A stretch of 63,744 nucleotides of DNA, the filler included, from Octopus bimaculoides (taxonomy: Eukaryota), in NCBI RefSeq assembly GCF_001194135.2. It is 7 parts of 7 records of this genome, joined end to end, with 100 filler letters (N's around TTAATTAATTAA, not from the genome) between each part and the next. Parts side by side here need not be neighbours in the genome. Positions count along the whole stretch, not along the records: positions 61,385 to 63,744 come from NW_026352631.1; 6 more parts are not named here. One strand, 5' to 3'. A program made the translations under genes and the position numbers. This document shows positions 61,840 through 63,744 of this stretch, one piece after another. The notes under the pieces are model-generated. The model was not told the DNA's origin, made no database searches, and worked only from the letters and a program-made list of their open reading frames with translations. Numbering within the stretch: position 1 is the stretch's first letter; every line of letters starts with the position of its first letter.

Positions 61840-63744
61840 NNNNNNNNNNNNNNNNNNNNNNNNNNNNNNNNNNNNNNNNNNNNNNNNNNNNNNNNNNNNN
61901 NNNNNNNNNNNNNNNNNNNNNNNNNNNNNNNNNNNNNNNNNNNNNNNNNNNNNNNNNNNNNNNNNNNNNNNNNNNNNNNNNNNNNNNNNNNNNNNNNNNN
62001 NNNNNNNNNNNNNNNNNNNNNNNNNNNNNNNNNNNNNNNNNNNNNNNNNNNNNNNNNNNNNNNNNNNNNNNNNNNNNNNNNNNNNNNNNNNNNNNNNNNN
62101 NNNNNNNNNNNNNNNNNNNNNNNNNNNNNNNNNNNNNNNNNNNNNNNNNNNNNNNNNNNNNNNNNNNNNNNNNNNNNNNNNNNNNNNNNNNNNNNNNNNN
62201 NNNNNNNNNNNNNNNNNNNNNNNNNNNNNNNNNNNNNNNNNNNNNNNNNNNNNNNNNNNNNNNNNNNNNNNNNNNNNNNNNNNNNNNNNNNNNNNNNNNN
62301 NNNNNNNNNNNNNNNNNNNNNNNNNNNNNNNNNNNNNNNNNNNNNNNNNNNNNNNNNNNNNNNNNNNNNNNNNNNNNNNNNNNNNNNNNNNNNNNNNNNN
62401 NNNNNNNNNNNNNNNNNNNNNNNNNNNNNNNNNNNNNNNNNNNNNNNNNNNNNNNNNNNNNNNNNNNNNNNNNNNNNNNNNNNNNNNNNNNNNNNNNNNN
62501 NNNNNNNNNNNNNNNNNNNNNNNNNNNNNNNNNNNNNNNNNNNNNNNNNNNNNNNNNNNNNNNNNNNNNNNNNNNNNNNNNNNNNNNNNNNNNNNNNNNN
62601 NNNNNNNNNNNNNNNNNNNNNNNNNNNNNNNNNNNNNNNNNNNNNNNNNNNNNNNNNNNNNNNNNNNNNNNNNNNNNNNNNNNNNNNNNNNNNNNNNNNN
62701 NNNNNNNNNNNNNNNNNNNNNNNNNNNNNNNNNNNNNNNNNNNNNNNNNNNNNNNNNNNNNNNNNNNNNNNNNNNNNNNNNNNNNNNNNNNNAGTACACA
62801 GAGGGGACACTACAACACATGTGGGGACATAGAACAATTAAAAATATAAAAAATAAATTATGATATAATGAATGATACATGAAAATGCACGTGAATAACA
62901 AATTAAAAATATGATGACATGAATGATATCTGAAAATGGAAATATGAAGAGTGTGCTACTCACCCCACTTTGAGTAACACCACTCGTTGCCTCTAGGTCC
63001 TAATTCCTGCTGAAAAAAATACACAACAAATTATTGCTCAGCTGAGCAACAAAACTGACTTACCCTGGCGAGTTCTTCAAATGTTCTTTGTTTTCATTAA
63101 TTGGACGGAGCACAGCCGGCCCACATCCACCTCTGTTCACCGGAAGCAAGCTTCTTACCACACGGCCACGCTTGCTCAAGACTTGTAATTTTTTTTCTTA
63201 TTAATTTCTAGAGAAAATGAATACGATATTCATTATGAGCATGCGAAACTACATCAATACAGAAAACTTGAAAAAATACTCATAGTAGGAAGAAATTTAA
63301 AAAGATTATATTTTTCGTTTATGAATTTGCGTTGCGAGATTTCATTTGCCCAGTAAGACAATGAAGGATGCCAGTTAATTTGAAGTTTTTAGCTCACTAT
63401 ATTACATATGTGAGACCCAACTGTGTTTATTTACAGTAAGATCTCTTATTGTATGATTGCCTGTCTTACTGCAAGGCTCTAATTCTACTTTAATGTATAT
63501 TTGTCTGCTTTATTTATTAGGTGGCTCTGTGTCTTAGTTACTGTTACATACCCTAAGCATGCCCTGCCTTAGTGGGTCACTATATGTCTAAGATTGTTTT
63601 TCACACCCAGTTGACCTTGGCAATTTTCTTCCTCAGTTGAACTCTAACTTACACCCTCATCCTTTCTTCCTCATTCTCTTTAACTCCCTGGCTCCTCATC
63701 AACGCACTGTTTCTCTCTCTCTTTCTCTCCCCCTCTCTCTCTCT

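Overview
AT-rich, microsatellite-dense, gap-ridden animal genomic DNA. The SINE families and repeat spectrum suggest an octopus (inference; no database search was possible). Most of the window is a graveyard of transposable elements: several Penelope-like elements (PLE; RT plus GIY-YIG), Dong/R4-clade REL-endonuclease LINEs sitting in microsatellites, an RTE-clade LINE, CR1-group fragments, five mariner copies plus a 68-bp mini-MITE, a Merlin (IS1595-like) transposase, an Academ-type XPG/Cys-rich fragment and three tRNA-derived SINE families. One host gene is supported: two in-phase spliced exons on the minus strand (49876-50067, 48990-49151) encoding a Cys-free, His-rich amphipathic helical protein with a KR dibasic site. 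Its 5' exon(s) were not found. The most unusual structure is a repeated chimeric element: tRNA-like Pol III head, then (AAT)n, then a minimal hammerhead-ribozyme motif, then a PLE-type tail. It occurs directly downstream of a GIY-YIG ORF at one site and also as stand-alone copies, and one copy has been used as a landing pad by a Dong/R4 LINE. Two further, unrelated repeat families carry hammerhead-like motifs with the same loop-less palindromic helix III. All domain and family assignments come from motif recognition by eye, and many boundaries are approximate.
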